Shown: positions 1 to 10,004, counted from the stretch's first letter. The stretch is DNA of 64,000 nt from Chitinophagales bacterium (GCA_028278085.1 JANQFB010000350.1:7376-71375), one strand, 5' to 3'. Program-made: numbers and translations. Notes: a model not told the origin generated them from the letters alone.

Positions 1-915
1 TTTGGTAGCCATTGTATCTCCCGTACCGATCAAAGGAGGTGAGCCCGGATCCATGTATACGGTGAAATTGATCTCGTCCCTGTTCATCATCTTCCGGTCT
101 TCCGCCGTTAAGGCAAAAGGCATCACATCGCCCCATTCGGGTGTTAAAAACAGATCCTGTGGAAAGATCAGCAACCGCACCCATTCGGGCAAGGTCATAT
201 CCCCTCCTTTAATATCCATATATTCCCGCAGTGACAACGGTTGCCAGCGATTTTGATCGCGGATCCTGGTGCCTGGATGGTTCGGTTTCAATGGCGGATT
301 CGACGGAAAGTAGTGGTCGGCTTCATAGTTGTTGATCTCTTTGGAACCATCCTGCATACCATAATCGATAACGCAAGCGGCGATATAATTACCCATGGCA
401 ATGGGGGAGCCACTCATATAATCAGTCGACCGGTTCGAGACCACACCGCCCAAGGCGGCAAAAAGGGAATCCAGCCCTTCTATTGTTCTTCCCTTGCTGC
501 CATATAAATTAAACCTGAACCACAATACGCGGTATGCTGCATAGGTGATCGCAATATTCCGTAAACTATCGACCGGCTGATCCGGGATCTTAAAGGAGGG
601 ATCGAAATGACAGGAAAACGCTCCGATCTTATTGCCCAGCAGATAGGGTTTTGCCTTTTGATCATAGACTGCCCAGGCATCATACATGGCTATGGTGGCA
701 TGGAAGATATTCCGGGCATGAACCGTAGGGCCTTGTCCTTCCACTTTTACCGCCTGCAAGCCTGCTTCCATCCATTTCCGGGCCACACTTTTTTCGCCCT
801 TTACCGCAGATGTCCCGTATATCCAGCAAAACAATAACCAAAGGATCCCGGTATGGGGAAGCGGAAAGTTTCGGGTAGAAAAGCGACTAAACCTGTGGCT
901 GCATTGACGATTCAT
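1..915 (-). CDS. PAP2 / vanadium-haloperoxidase-like protein, N-terminal 305 codons (3' end runs off the window)
   Basis: Not in the supplied ORF track. The reverse complement from ATG at 915 is open for 305 codons down to position 1: MNRQCSHRFSRFSTRNFPLPHTGILWLLFCWIYG...GPTVHARNIFHATIAMYDAWAVYD... It has a hydrophobic signal-like N-terminus. I associate the ARNxFHxxxAMYDAWAxYD helix with the N-terminal helical domain of bacterial acid-phosphatase/vanadium-haloperoxidase-like proteins. The short track ORFs 2..256, 241..507, 480..683 and 607..837 are shadows of this frame. Confidence 0.6.
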   Translation of the reverse strand, partial: MNRQCSHRFSRFSTRNFPLPHTGILWLLFCWIYGTSAVKGEKSVARKWMEAGLQAVKVEGQGPTVHARNIFHATIAMYDAWAVYDQKAKPYLLGNKIGAFSCHFDPSFKIPDQPVDSLRNIAITYAAYRVLWFRFNLYGSKGRTIEGLDSLFAALGGVVSNRSTDYMSGSPIAMGNYIAACVIDYGMQDGSKEINNYEADHYFPSNPPLKPNHPGTRIRDQNRWQPLSLREYMDIKGGDMTLPEWVRLLIFPQDLFLTPEWGDVMPFALTAEDRKMMNRDEINFTVYMDPGSPPLIGTGDTMATK

Positions 916-968
916 CGGCTGCTGAATTTGATCGGTAGATTGACAATTTTAAACCAAATGCTCTGAAT

Positions 969-2495
969 TTACTTATTTCTTCCATCACCTGCAGACTTTA
1001 ATTTAATGATCTCCAGGTTTTCGATCTCAAAATAATCATTTTTAAGGTCACCCTTATCATTGATCATGATACGATAACCTTGTTTTTGCAGGCGAAGAAT
1101 ATCCCCGACCGGCGGGATAAAATCATAAACGGTATAGCCTGTATAAAACATGGCTTCAATGTGATGTTCGACATTAAATAAGACGACTTTCCCGGAGGGA
1201 TCCGGTGACAACTTTTTTAGTTCCTTTGTCCATACGGGGTTCCTGATCCGCTTGTCAAACGGTTTTACCCTTTCCAAACCATACCTTACCGGCAACGCCA
1301 ATAAAAGCAAAAGCAAGCCGTTCAGGACCCATTTGTACCGGACAAACGGCCGTTGTGCATAGAAATAATGCCAATACCGGGAAAGCAGGATAAAAAATGC
1401 CGGCGCTGCGATCACCAGGTAAGTCATCCGTTTGGTTTCCGCTAAGGAGAAGATCACAACCGGCAGAATCCACCAGACACTCAACCATTTGATAGCCCAG
1501 CCGGCTTTATTCCGTATGATCTGATACCCGCTAAAGGCCAGGGGAATGTAGATCAGCTCTCCAAACAACCTACCGATCTTGTGGAGATAATAATAGGCCG
1601 GTGCTCCATGCGTCTCGACGGTATCGCCATAGAATAAAAGAAAACGCTTTATGGTCCAGCTTGCTTCTCCGGGAAAAGCCTGTATAATATATACCAGGTA
1701 AGGAAGCACCACACCGGCGGTAACGGCCAGGGCTAACAAAACATGCTTCATTAGCTTCCTGGCTGATATATTTCCGGCAAAGATGGCACCGGCGATCCAA
1801 ACGAGGTAAACCAGGAAGGCCGGGTACCATTTGCTTAAAAACGCCAGCCCTGTGAAAAGGCCGATCCAGATGACCGGAGCGCTCCTGCCTGATCTTTGGG
1901 TGTAGATCATAGAAAAAAAGATCCCCAATTCCACGAATCCTATAAAGAAGGTCTCGACATGATCGGATGACACTCTTCCTCCGGCTAACTCGATGATCAT
2001 TCCGTTGATCGCATGGAAAAATGCCGCTAAAAGGGCTGTTTTCTTATCGAAAAGTGCGGAAGCGATCAAAAAGGTGAGGTAAATACCTAATAACGAAAGG
2101 ATCAGCGAAGGGATCCTGACCGCAAATTCATGATCGCCGAACAAGCCGATAGAGGCTGCCATGAACCACAACGGTACCGGTCCTTTTTCCAACCAAATAT
2201 GATTGGCCGTCCAGTTTTGGTAGTGATAAGGCCATACCGGATCATCATAAAGGGTTGGTTTCAGCGGATGACTGAGCAGGTTTTTAGCGACCAGGGCATG
2301 ATATTTTTCATCCCAGGTATGCAAATATCCATCAGTGGCCACAAAGATCCTCAAGACCAAACCGCCCAGGATGATCAAAGCCAATGACCACCGGATCCGG
2401 TCCTTGCGAAAACTGAGATAGGCTCCCGCAAAAAGTGCCCCTGCGATAACGACGGACAAGCTTCCAAAGATCAGATTTTCCATACCCCGGTCCAC
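969..2495 (-). CDS. Glycosyltransferase family 39 (ArnT/PMT-like) polytopic membrane protein
   Basis: 508 aa with many TM segments. It has an N-terminal loop WDEKYHA (DE-type motif) followed by EKGPVPLW, as in ArnT/dolichyl-phosphate-mannose mannosyltransferase-like enzymes. Confidence 0.75.
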   Translation of the reverse strand: MDRGMENLIFGSLSVVIAGALFAGAYLSFRKDRIRWSLALIILGGLVLRIFVATDGYLHTWDEKYHALVAKNLLSHPLKPTLYDDPVWPYHYQNWTANHIWLEKGPVPLWFMAASIGLFGDHEFAVRIPSLILSLLGIYLTFLIASALFDKKTALLAAFFHAINGMIIELAGGRVSSDHVETFFIGFVELGIFFSMIYTQRSGRSAPVIWIGLFTGLAFLSKWYPAFLVYLVWIAGAIFAGNISARKLMKHVLLALAVTAGVVLPYLVYIIQAFPGEASWTIKRFLLFYGDTVETHGAPAYYYLHKIGRLFGELIYIPLAFSGYQIIRNKAGWAIKWLSVWWILPVVIFSLAETKRMTYLVIAAPAFFILLSRYWHYFYAQRPFVRYKWVLNGLLLLLLALPVRYGLERVKPFDKRIRNPVWTKELKKLSPDPSGKVVLFNVEHHIEAMFYTGYTVYDFIPPVGDILRLQKQGYRIMINDKGDLKNDYFEIENLEIIKLKSAGDGRNK

Positions 2496-2571
2496 GAAAG
2501 TTATATTTTTTTAGTGATTTTTTGTGTGCCCTTCCCCGCTCTAAAAAGATAAGTTTTTCTACATTAGGGAC

Positions 2572-4551
2572 ATGAAAAAACTACTCCTTTGTTTCGGCCT
2601 ATTAATCGCCGTTCATACTTGCACAGCGGTCAATATTGACAGCCTGCTTGACGTCTGGAGGGATCACCGGCAGCCGGATTCTATCCGCCTGGTTGCTTTG
2701 TATGACGCTGCTTATGAATTGATCTATATCGATCGCGACACGGCCCTGTATTTTGCCGAACTACAATATGATTTTGCCTTGAAATCCGGTTACCCGGTAT
2801 ATGCAGCCAATGCCCGGTATATTCAAGGCGTTAATTATTACTATGCCGGGCTATATACGGAAGCGCTGGAACACTACCAGCTTAGCCTGAACCTCTTTGA
2901 AGAGCTGGAAAAAGAAGCCAGCATTGCCTCCTGCCTCAATAACATGGGTGCCATATTCACCCTGTGGGGCGATTACCTGGTGGCCGTCAGCTTTTATACC
3001 CGCAGCCTGAAGATCGCCGAGCAATTGAAGGATTCTCTGGCAGCTTATAATGCCCTTAAGAATATTGGTGATATCAACCGCAGGCAAAAGGACTATACCA
3101 AAGCCATGGAATATAACCAGCTTTGCCTTCAATCCGCTATTCAAAGGGGAGATAAAAACGGGGAAGCTTCCTGTTTATCCACCATCGGTTTGATCCATTA
3201 TGAACAGGGGGATCTGGAAAAAGCGCTAGCCTATCAGTTAAAAAGCCTGGAAATATTCCGGCAGCAGGGCCCTAAAAGTTCGGAAGCTTATGTCTTGCGG
3301 AATATGGGTCCGATCTACCAGGAGCAGGGCCAGGATGCTAAAGTCGTGGAAGTGTATCGGCAAAGCCTGGAACTGTTTAAAGAGATCTCTGACGTCAGGG
3401 GGATCATCGACGTGGATATCGCCATGAGCCGGTTTTACCTGGAACGGGGGAAATATGCGCAGGCCATTACCTACAGCCGACGAGGCCTGGATATGGCCCG
3501 TGAGATCGGACTGGTTGTCGAAATAAAGGATGCGGCGCTGGTCTTGTTCGAGAGTTATCAAAAGGCCGGGAATTATAAACAAGCCCTGGATATGCATTTG
3601 CTGTACCGGACCATGGAGGACAGCATGGCCAGTGAAGCTGCTGCCCGGGAGGTGATGCGCCAGGAATTTACCTATAAATACGAGAAAAAGGCTACGGCCG
3701 ACAGCATTCGCGCCCTGGAAAAGGAAAAGGTGATGCAGGCGGAACTGGCGGCAGAAAAAGCCCTCAGCCAACAGCAACGGCAGCAAACCTACTTTTTATA
3801 TACGGGACTGGGACTTACCCTGTTGTTTTGCGGCTTTATCGTCAACCGGATGATGGTGATCCGAAAGCAAAAAGCGCTGATCTCCCTGGAAAAAGAGCGT
3901 TCGGATGAACTATTGCGCAATATTCTCCCTGACGAAACGGCGGAAGAGCTGAAAAAATATGGCTCTGCCAAGGCCCGGCATTTCGATATGGTGTCGGTGA
4001 TCTTTACCGATTTCAAAGGATTTACCCATATCGCCGAAAAGCTAAGCCCCACCGAACTGGTGGCGGAGATCGATTATTGCTACAAGGCTTTCGACAAGAT
4101 CGTCGAGAAATTCGGCCTGGAAAAGATCAAAACCATCGGTGATGCCTATATGTGCGCCTCGGGATTACCCAAGCAGAGCGAAGAATGCTGGAACGATGCG
4201 GTCAGAGCGGCTATTGCGATCCGGAATTTTATGAAGCAATATAAAGCGCAACGGGAAGCGGAAGGCCGGTTGGCCTTTGAAGTCCGCATTGGCGTACATT
4301 CGGGACCTGTGGTTGCCGGTATTGTCGGGGCAAAAAAGTTCGCCTATGATATCTGGGGAGATACGGTCAATACCGCGGCCCGCATGGAAAGCAGCGGAGC
4401 AGTGGGGAAAGTGAATATTTCCGGTTCAACCTATGACCTGGTCGAAGGTAAATTCAAATGCGAGTACCGGGGGAAAATACCGGTTAAAAACAAGGGGGAG
4501 ATCGACATGTATTTTGCCGAGGAATCGGGAAAGCTGGTCGATCTATCTTAA
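2572..4551 (+). CDS. TPR-repeat sensor fused to a class III adenylate/guanylate cyclase
   Basis: 659 aa. Order: signal peptide, about 8 TPR-like repeats, coiled coil, one TM (YFLYTGLGLTLLFCGFIV), then a cyclase catalytic domain (VSVIFTDFKGFT, KTIGDAYMCASGLP, RIGVHSGPVVAGIVG, YDIWGDTVNTAARMES). Confidence 0.9.
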   Translation: MKKLLLCFGLLIAVHTCTAVNIDSLLDVWRDHRQPDSIRLVALYDAAYELIYIDRDTALYFAELQYDFALKSGYPVYAANARYIQGVNYYYAGLYTEALEHYQLSLNLFEELEKEASIASCLNNMGAIFTLWGDYLVAVSFYTRSLKIAEQLKDSLAAYNALKNIGDINRRQKDYTKAMEYNQLCLQSAIQRGDKNGEASCLSTIGLIHYEQGDLEKALAYQLKSLEIFRQQGPKSSEAYVLRNMGPIYQEQGQDAKVVEVYRQSLELFKEISDVRGIIDVDIAMSRFYLERGKYAQAITYSRRGLDMAREIGLVVEIKDAALVLFESYQKAGNYKQALDMHLLYRTMEDSMASEAAAREVMRQEFTYKYEKKATADSIRALEKEKVMQAELAAEKALSQQQRQQTYFLYTGLGLTLLFCGFIVNRMMVIRKQKALISLEKERSDELLRNILPDETAEELKKYGSAKARHFDMVSVIFTDFKGFTHIAEKLSPTELVAEIDYCYKAFDKIVEKFGLEKIKTIGDAYMCASGLPKQSEECWNDAVRAAIAIRNFMKQYKAQREAEGRLAFEVRIGVHSGPVVAGIVGAKKFAYDIWGDTVNTAARMESSGAVGKVNISGSTYDLVEGKFKCEYRGKIPVKNKGEIDMYFAEESGKLVDLS

Positions 4552-4564
4552 GCTACACTATCGA

Positions 4565-5584
4565 TCAATTGTTTTCCTGATGCAATGCCGGCGCAATAGT
4601 AATGGTTGTATCCGGCTTCAACGCATTTCCGATCAACTGCGCCAGTCGCCGTCCCATTACCTTTTTCCCGGCCTGGTTGACGTGGACGATATCCAAATAT
4701 ACCTCCTCACCTATTCCGTCATAAGTGTCGGATACATCATAGACATAATCCAGGGAATCGATCCTTTTACGGATGTGATGGTGGGATGACCGGAATTCCT
4801 CCGGCACCCGGTAAGGCTGGTAAAAGGCCATGAACCCGGGCTTCGTTGCTTTACCGGTAGCCCATGTTAGCTGCTTGGCCCGGTGGAGGGTTTCGAAATA
4901 TTTATCCGTCACAGCCCGATTCCATTCCGGGGAATAGGGCTTCCATTTTTCCCGGAGCTTATGCAATCCTGAAATGCGGCCTGTTTTCACTTCGATCGTC
5001 CCGATAATGGCGCTGTGTTTAATTAAGACCTTCAGGATATCAGGTGTTTCCGACTGATAGAAATAGTTATAGGGATAGCCGGGTCTCGGATCATAAAAGG
5101 CATTCGTGATCGTTTCATTATACCCCCCATAAAATACGATCAGGTCGGGATGGTCGCCGGCCACGTATTCGATGATCGCATGCAGATGCTGACGGTGATT
5201 CGAACTGACGACGGAATAATTCGCTACAAACACGGCTGTATCCAGCAATTTGGAGAGCTCCGTTTCCATGACATCGGGGATGGTCGGATTGCCAATGTAG
5301 CCGGTCGAGCCACCAAAAAATGCAATGCTCAAGGCCCCGGGAGGAGCGTCTTTCAGCGATTTTCCTTTGAATCCAAAGTCGTTATGACTAACAGCACCGG
5401 GTTTTCCGGTGAACATAACAAATGGCACCGGCGACCGGTGGATCGTTTCCTCCACGGTATGCCTGGGATAACCATAACCCAGGCCATATCTTAAAACGAC
5501 CACATCGGCAAATACGATGAATAGCCCCAGATAGCCCGCATATTGAACGACTTTCAGCAGTTGCCTGATCTTCCGGTTGTGCAT
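4565..5584 (-). CDS. SGNH/GDSL-like hydrolase, membrane anchored (start uncertain; the ORF is open to 5692)
   Basis: I prefer the internal ATG at 5584 (MHNRKIRQLLKVVQYAGYLGLFIVF = TM anchor). SGNH-like blocks are present: FFGGSTG (block I), GGYNE (block III), DIVHV (DxxH, block V). Confidence 0.45.
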   Translation of the reverse strand: MHNRKIRQLLKVVQYAGYLGLFIVFADVVVLRYGLGYGYPRHTVEETIHRSPVPFVMFTGKPGAVSHNDFGFKGKSLKDAPPGALSIAFFGGSTGYIGNPTIPDVMETELSKLLDTAVFVANYSVVSSNHRQHLHAIIEYVAGDHPDLIVFYGGYNETITNAFYDPRPGYPYNYFYQSETPDILKVLIKHSAIIGTIEVKTGRISGLHKLREKWKPYSPEWNRAVTDKYFETLHRAKQLTWATGKATKPGFMAFYQPYRVPEEFRSSHHHIRKRIDSLDYVYDVSDTYDGIGEEVYLDIVHVNQAGKKVMGRRLAQLIGNALKPDTTITIAPALHQENN

Positions 5585-5709
5585 GGAAGATTTCAAGATA
5601 CGTTTTTCCCGGATCAATTGGCGCTTTTTTGTGCAATTGGGTTTCGTCAGGGTACAAAAAAACCCCGGAACCGAAGCCCCGAGGTTCACCAATCGAAAAC
5701 AGATAAATC

Positions 5710-6843
5710 CTACCGGGTCAATATCAGTTTCATATGTTCCACCTGGTCCCTGTCCCTGATCAGTTCGACGAAGTATATACCCGCAGGCATACCTTCCCGA
5801 TCGAGTGGAATTTGATAGGCCTGGTTCGCTTCGACTGATCCCTGAAACAGCAAGCGTACTCTTTCCCCGGTAATATTGATCAATTGCAGCGTTATCTCTT
5901 CCTCCGTTGCGGGGGTATAGAAAATAGTGGTTTGACGGCTGAACGGGTTAGGATATACCCGAAACCTGCTTTCATCATTGCCTGCCTGATGGCCCTCCCA
6001 CTTCTTACCGCCGAAGTTTTCTTTTTCACCTTTATCGTCCCTGTTGTCATTATTGACATCTTTAACAATGGAGGCAACAGGACAGGGACCGAGATTATAG
6101 GCGCTGTCCTGTAAAAGGTATTTGGCCTTTTCTTCCGAAGCACAGATGGTGGTGGCATTCAGGGTATCGAAATCCGGGATATAACAGATCGGCACCCGGT
6201 CGATCTTATCCGTACAATGCGCTTTGTCAGCAGGCCCGTCCATGCCACAACAGATCTTGTTGAAGCCACCGGTAACGATCCAGCCGGGCTGGGGTGGGTT
6301 CACCCCCAGGTTCAAGGGCTGAATTCCGAGCTCGGCGCATTTTTTACCGCTGCTGCCGAAATTACCCGGGGTCATATTGATGCCCACTGCAGCCCCCGGT
6401 CCGCCGATATTTGGCTGCCAGGTATGCTGTCTGGCCCATTGCCCCTGGTCGCGTCCCCTGCATTCGATATGGCAAACATTATCACAATGAAATTCCACGA
6501 TAAACTTGAAGATCGAGCCGGCCGGCGGTTGACCGGGCAATAAGGCGTTAACCTGGTTGGCCGGAACATGGATGTCCATTAAAACCGGGGCATTCATCCC
6601 CCCCATATGTACGACCTGGAAGGTAATGCCGGTTTGAGCATCTCCCGGTACCATGACCCCCACAATTTCTATCTCTATGTTCTCCGTATTGCATTGGGGT
6701 GGACAGGGAATATGGTTGTGCGCTCCGAAACTGGCCCGGATCATATTAAAAGCGTAGGCATTCATGCTAATGCCTACGCAAAACAGGGCCATAACAAGCC
6801 CCAAAAGATTTTTGTTGATCGTAATTTTCAATTTCATCGTCAA
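5710..6843 (-). CDS. Cys-rich secreted protein with a T9SS C-terminal sorting domain
   Basis: 377 aa with a signal peptide (LGLVMALFCVGISMNAYA) and many Cys/His. The C-terminus is VYPNPFSRQTTIFY...GIYFVELIRDRDQVEHMKLILTR. Confidence 0.6.
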   Translation of the reverse strand: MTMKLKITINKNLLGLVMALFCVGISMNAYAFNMIRASFGAHNHIPCPPQCNTENIEIEIVGVMVPGDAQTGITFQVVHMGGMNAPVLMDIHVPANQVNALLPGQPPAGSIFKFIVEFHCDNVCHIECRGRDQGQWARQHTWQPNIGGPGAAVGINMTPGNFGSSGKKCAELGIQPLNLGVNPPQPGWIVTGGFNKICCGMDGPADKAHCTDKIDRVPICYIPDFDTLNATTICASEEKAKYLLQDSAYNLGPCPVASIVKDVNNDNRDDKGEKENFGGKKWEGHQAGNDESRFRVYPNPFSRQTTIFYTPATEEEITLQLINITGERVRLLFQGSVEANQAYQIPLDREGMPAGIYFVELIRDRDQVEHMKLILTR

Positions 6844-7081
6844 TTTGTTTTATCGGTTATTTGAATAAATAGATTTGTTCATTAAAAATAACTTCGATCA
6901 AAGGAGATACCGGGAAATAAATGACGATAGGTGTAAAAAGGTTGACGAGTAAATGGATATGATGGATGGGTGGATGTGTTTTAATTACTTTTTTATAAAG
7001 TGTTATTTTAGGAAGATGGCTGGTTTAAAAAATTCTGTAAAAAATTTGTATTGCGAATTATTATTATTTAAATTTGGGGTT

Positions 7082-7906
7082 ATGAGAGGGTCTTCCTTTG
7101 TTATATTGTCTATGATATGGTTCATAGTTATTTCATGCGTAGTTGCCGGCCAAAAAAGTGACGAGCAAAGCGGAAATCATCCTGAAGAAGCGATCAATTA
7201 TTTCGACTGTGAACGATATAACTACTTTCCGGATAAAGAATGTCCTACCCTAACGAAAGAAGATACGGTTGCAGTTAAAAAATACCTGTATAAAATCGTG
7301 GGGGATTCTACTTTCAATATCGCCTATATACCCCGGGTTAAACCATCCATGAAAATTTATATCGATACAGCCTGGTTCGATTCGGCGCAATTAGGATTGA
7401 TGAAAGGTTACAAAAGCTTATTGGAGGAGTATTTGGTTTATTTGCCCAATGTTCAGACGGTTGTTATCGGAACCGTAATCACCAAGAATTTAGCATTTGA
7501 TACTACGAAATGTTTTCACTTTAAAGTAAGCTATGCTGTTAGAGTGGATGAAGTGCTTTTTTCAACGTTTAAAGTTAACAAAGGGAATATACTTATTGTC
7601 AATTCTCCCTATCGGGGCTACATGGGTGGTTGCAGACCGGACTCACCATACAATAAAGTATATGTGACCCATACCAAGCACTATCAGCAGGATGAACAAA
7701 ACATTTTCGTTTTAGGAAGGAATTCTTACCAACTTTATTTTATGAGGCGCGTTCATGGAAAAAGGAAAGGCCATCCCTATTATATGACTGATGATAAATA
7801 CTGCCCGGATGCTTTTACTAATTCTATTGGAGGTGATGATTTTGATATAAAAAACACTGCTTTGGTAAATGATCTAAGGGAATATCTTTCAAAAAGGAAA
7901 TTTTAA
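7082..7906 (+). CDS. Hypothetical secreted protein (first gene of the AT-rich 4-gene operon)
   Basis: The ORF is open from 6953. ATG at 7082 gives a signal-like N-terminus MRGSSFVILSMIWFIVISCVVAG. I recognise no motif. There is a 4-nt gap to the next gene. Confidence 0.5.
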   Translation: MRGSSFVILSMIWFIVISCVVAGQKSDEQSGNHPEEAINYFDCERYNYFPDKECPTLTKEDTVAVKKYLYKIVGDSTFNIAYIPRVKPSMKIYIDTAWFDSAQLGLMKGYKSLLEEYLVYLPNVQTVVIGTVITKNLAFDTTKCFHFKVSYAVRVDEVLFSTFKVNKGNILIVNSPYRGYMGGCRPDSPYNKVYVTHTKHYQQDEQNIFVLGRNSYQLYFMRRVHGKRKGHPYYMTDDKYCPDAFTNSIGGDDFDIKNTALVNDLREYLSKRKF

Positions 7907-7910
7907 TCTT

Positions 7911-9224
7911 ATGCATTTACAGAGTAATTACATAAAATATGTTCTTCTTTTGGTTGTTTATTTTTTATGCTCATCACAAGTAAGCGATTTCGACAATATT
8001 CACATCATTGGCCGATGGGATATGGGCATTAATTGCTACCAGGGGGATGTAATGATTCATCCGACGGAGAGTCTTGTCGATGAAGGCTGGTTGACAGCTT
8101 TACAGGACGCTGGCACAACCTGGAATAATGAATCAACGAATTTACAGTTTGATGTTCAAAACAGCGGAATAGATAATGACCGAATTTACTGGAGAAATGA
8201 TCTAATAAATGCTGTTGGGATTGATGTTGATATGGAAGTTTATGGAGATGCAGGTATATGGGAAGCAGCCAATACTCGTATTGAATACAGGGACAATTCT
8301 ACAGATTGTGCCATTTCGGCAACAGGCCCGGAAATCATAGAAGCAGATGTCGTTATCAACTGGTGGCCGCCATTCCAGCATGGTTGCGCCAAATTACATG
8401 ATTCGAAATATGACATCCAGAGCACGCTCACGCATGAATTAGGGCATGTTGCCGGTATACACCATTTTAGCAGCGGTAGAGCCATGTTTCCTAAGCAAAA
8501 TAAAACAACCGACATCTGCAAACTGAGAACAATCAACCAAGCGGACCGGGATAATTTGCTGTATCTGTATGGCCTTGACGATGAAACATCTACATGTTAC
8601 GCAATTGATTGTGAAGAATATGATCTTACTGGTGTGGACCCACTCAAACTAAAAGAACCGCTATTTACCTGCGATGGGAATAATGGTTGCGGCAATAATG
8701 GAAATGGCTGCGATTGTACTTGTAATGGAGGCTGTAAGCAACACCCCAGACTCGATGAATTGAATCAATGGATCTCGGAACCGGCACAACGGAATATTAT
8801 CGTATTCGCGACTACTGAGTTGGATGGGAACTTTCCTGCCATGCAACATTTGATCATCGATCACCGGGATATATTCGCCTACGTGTTAGGTGATATTTGT
8901 TTGAATGAATTCCCTTTAAGCGCCGAACTCAAGAAAATCCTGATCGATTGCATATCTGTAAATGCACCCCTGGTCGATGCAGCCTTCCGGTGTGAAAGTA
9001 ACTTTGGCCGCTCGGATTTGGTGATCGAGACATACCATATCGAAGCGCTGCATGAATTGATCGATATCGTCATTGCTTCGATAAACAAATCTGAGGAACC
9101 CCGGGACCTTAAACGAAAAACGGATAAATACCTTGGTCGCCTGAAACAGGTTTTACCATTTGTGGAAGGGATGTCTGTCCAGGAAGCCGCCTTATTCTAT
9201 GACCAATATGAATTTATCAATTAA
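7911..9224 (+). CDS. Metzincin (matrixin-like) zinc metalloprotease with a Cys/Gly/Asn tract and a helical C-terminal domain
   Basis: 437 aa with a signal peptide. THELGHVAGIHH fits HExxHxxGxxH, followed by RAMFP (Met-turn). Next comes CDGNNGCGNNGNGCDCTCNGGC and then an unassigned domain of about 170 aa. Confidence 0.65.
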   Translation: MHLQSNYIKYVLLLVVYFLCSSQVSDFDNIHIIGRWDMGINCYQGDVMIHPTESLVDEGWLTALQDAGTTWNNESTNLQFDVQNSGIDNDRIYWRNDLINAVGIDVDMEVYGDAGIWEAANTRIEYRDNSTDCAISATGPEIIEADVVINWWPPFQHGCAKLHDSKYDIQSTLTHELGHVAGIHHFSSGRAMFPKQNKTTDICKLRTINQADRDNLLYLYGLDDETSTCYAIDCEEYDLTGVDPLKLKEPLFTCDGNNGCGNNGNGCDCTCNGGCKQHPRLDELNQWISEPAQRNIIVFATTELDGNFPAMQHLIIDHRDIFAYVLGDICLNEFPLSAELKKILIDCISVNAPLVDAAFRCESNFGRSDLVIETYHIEALHELIDIVIASINKSEEPRDLKRKTDKYLGRLKQVLPFVEGMSVQEAALFYDQYEFIN

Positions 9225-9227
9225 CCG

Positions 9228-10001
9228 ATGCTTCCACCCCTGGAAATAGCGGATTATACCTTATCCTGGTATTCGGTGGTGATCGTTTTTACAGTTTGCT
9301 GCTGTATTTTATTTTTTTATTACCTGTGTTTATCCTACCTGCCAACCAAAGTAAGGTTTTTTGAAATAGCGGGCATCATTGTATTCCTCACCTTGGCCGG
9401 TTTTGCCGGAGCCCGTTTGCTGGCAGCCTTAGAGCTATTCCTCAATAATAGTTATGACGACTTTTGGCATGTACTCTTTGAGCATGCCGGATTGAGTTGG
9501 TTCGGGGGTCTATTACTTGATCTGTGCCTGATCTATATCGGCAAGGTTATTTTCAGGAATCGCAACGTCATGAAAATATCCGATCTGCTGGCCGTTACCT
9601 GTTGCCTGGGTTATGGCCTGGGTAGATTTGCCTGCTTATTATCCGGAGATGGCTGCTATGGCACCTGGACTTCGTTACCTTGGGGTATGCATTTTATTTA
9701 TGGCAATAATCCCAGCTTTATGCCTGTGCATCCGACTCCTCTGTATGAATCAATTATCCACTTGGTTCTGGTGGCATTTCTGCTGCGATTATTAAAAAGG
9801 CAATCATGTGATGGATATGTGCTATTCGGCTTTCTCGGATTGACTTCAATATCCAGATTTTGTATTGAATACATCAGGGTCAATGATAAAATTCTATGGG
9901 ACCTTTCTACGGCCCAACTTGTGTCTATCGGATTGATCATAATTAGCCTTTATTCGCAAAAAAAACTAACCCCGATAAACCGCTTTAACTTTCAACCCTA
10001 A
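9228..10001 (+). CDS. Prolipoprotein diacylglyceryl transferase (Lgt) family membrane protein, divergent
   Basis: 257 aa, polytopic. The blocks are collinear with Lgt: GLSWFGGLL (cf. SFHGGLIG), GYGLGRFACLLSGDGCYG (cf. GLGAGRLGNFINGELWG), VHPTPLYES (cf. RHPSQLYE), RFCIEYIRVND (cf. RIIVEFFRQPD). Confidence 0.6.
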   Translation: MLPPLEIADYTLSWYSVVIVFTVCCCILFFYYLCLSYLPTKVRFFEIAGIIVFLTLAGFAGARLLAALELFLNNSYDDFWHVLFEHAGLSWFGGLLLDLCLIYIGKVIFRNRNVMKISDLLAVTCCLGYGLGRFACLLSGDGCYGTWTSLPWGMHFIYGNNPSFMPVHPTPLYESIIHLVLVAFLLRLLKRQSCDGYVLFGFLGLTSISRFCIEYIRVNDKILWDLSTAQLVSIGLIIISLYSQKKLTPINRFNFQP

Positions 10002-10004
10002 ATC

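Noticed and set aside
2-837. Track ORFs 2..256 (+), 241..507 (+), 480..683 (-) and 607..837 (+)
   Set aside because: They are short, mutually overlapping and of odd composition. The minus-strand frame from 915 to 1 is open throughout and encodes a coherent protein, so these are shadow ORFs.
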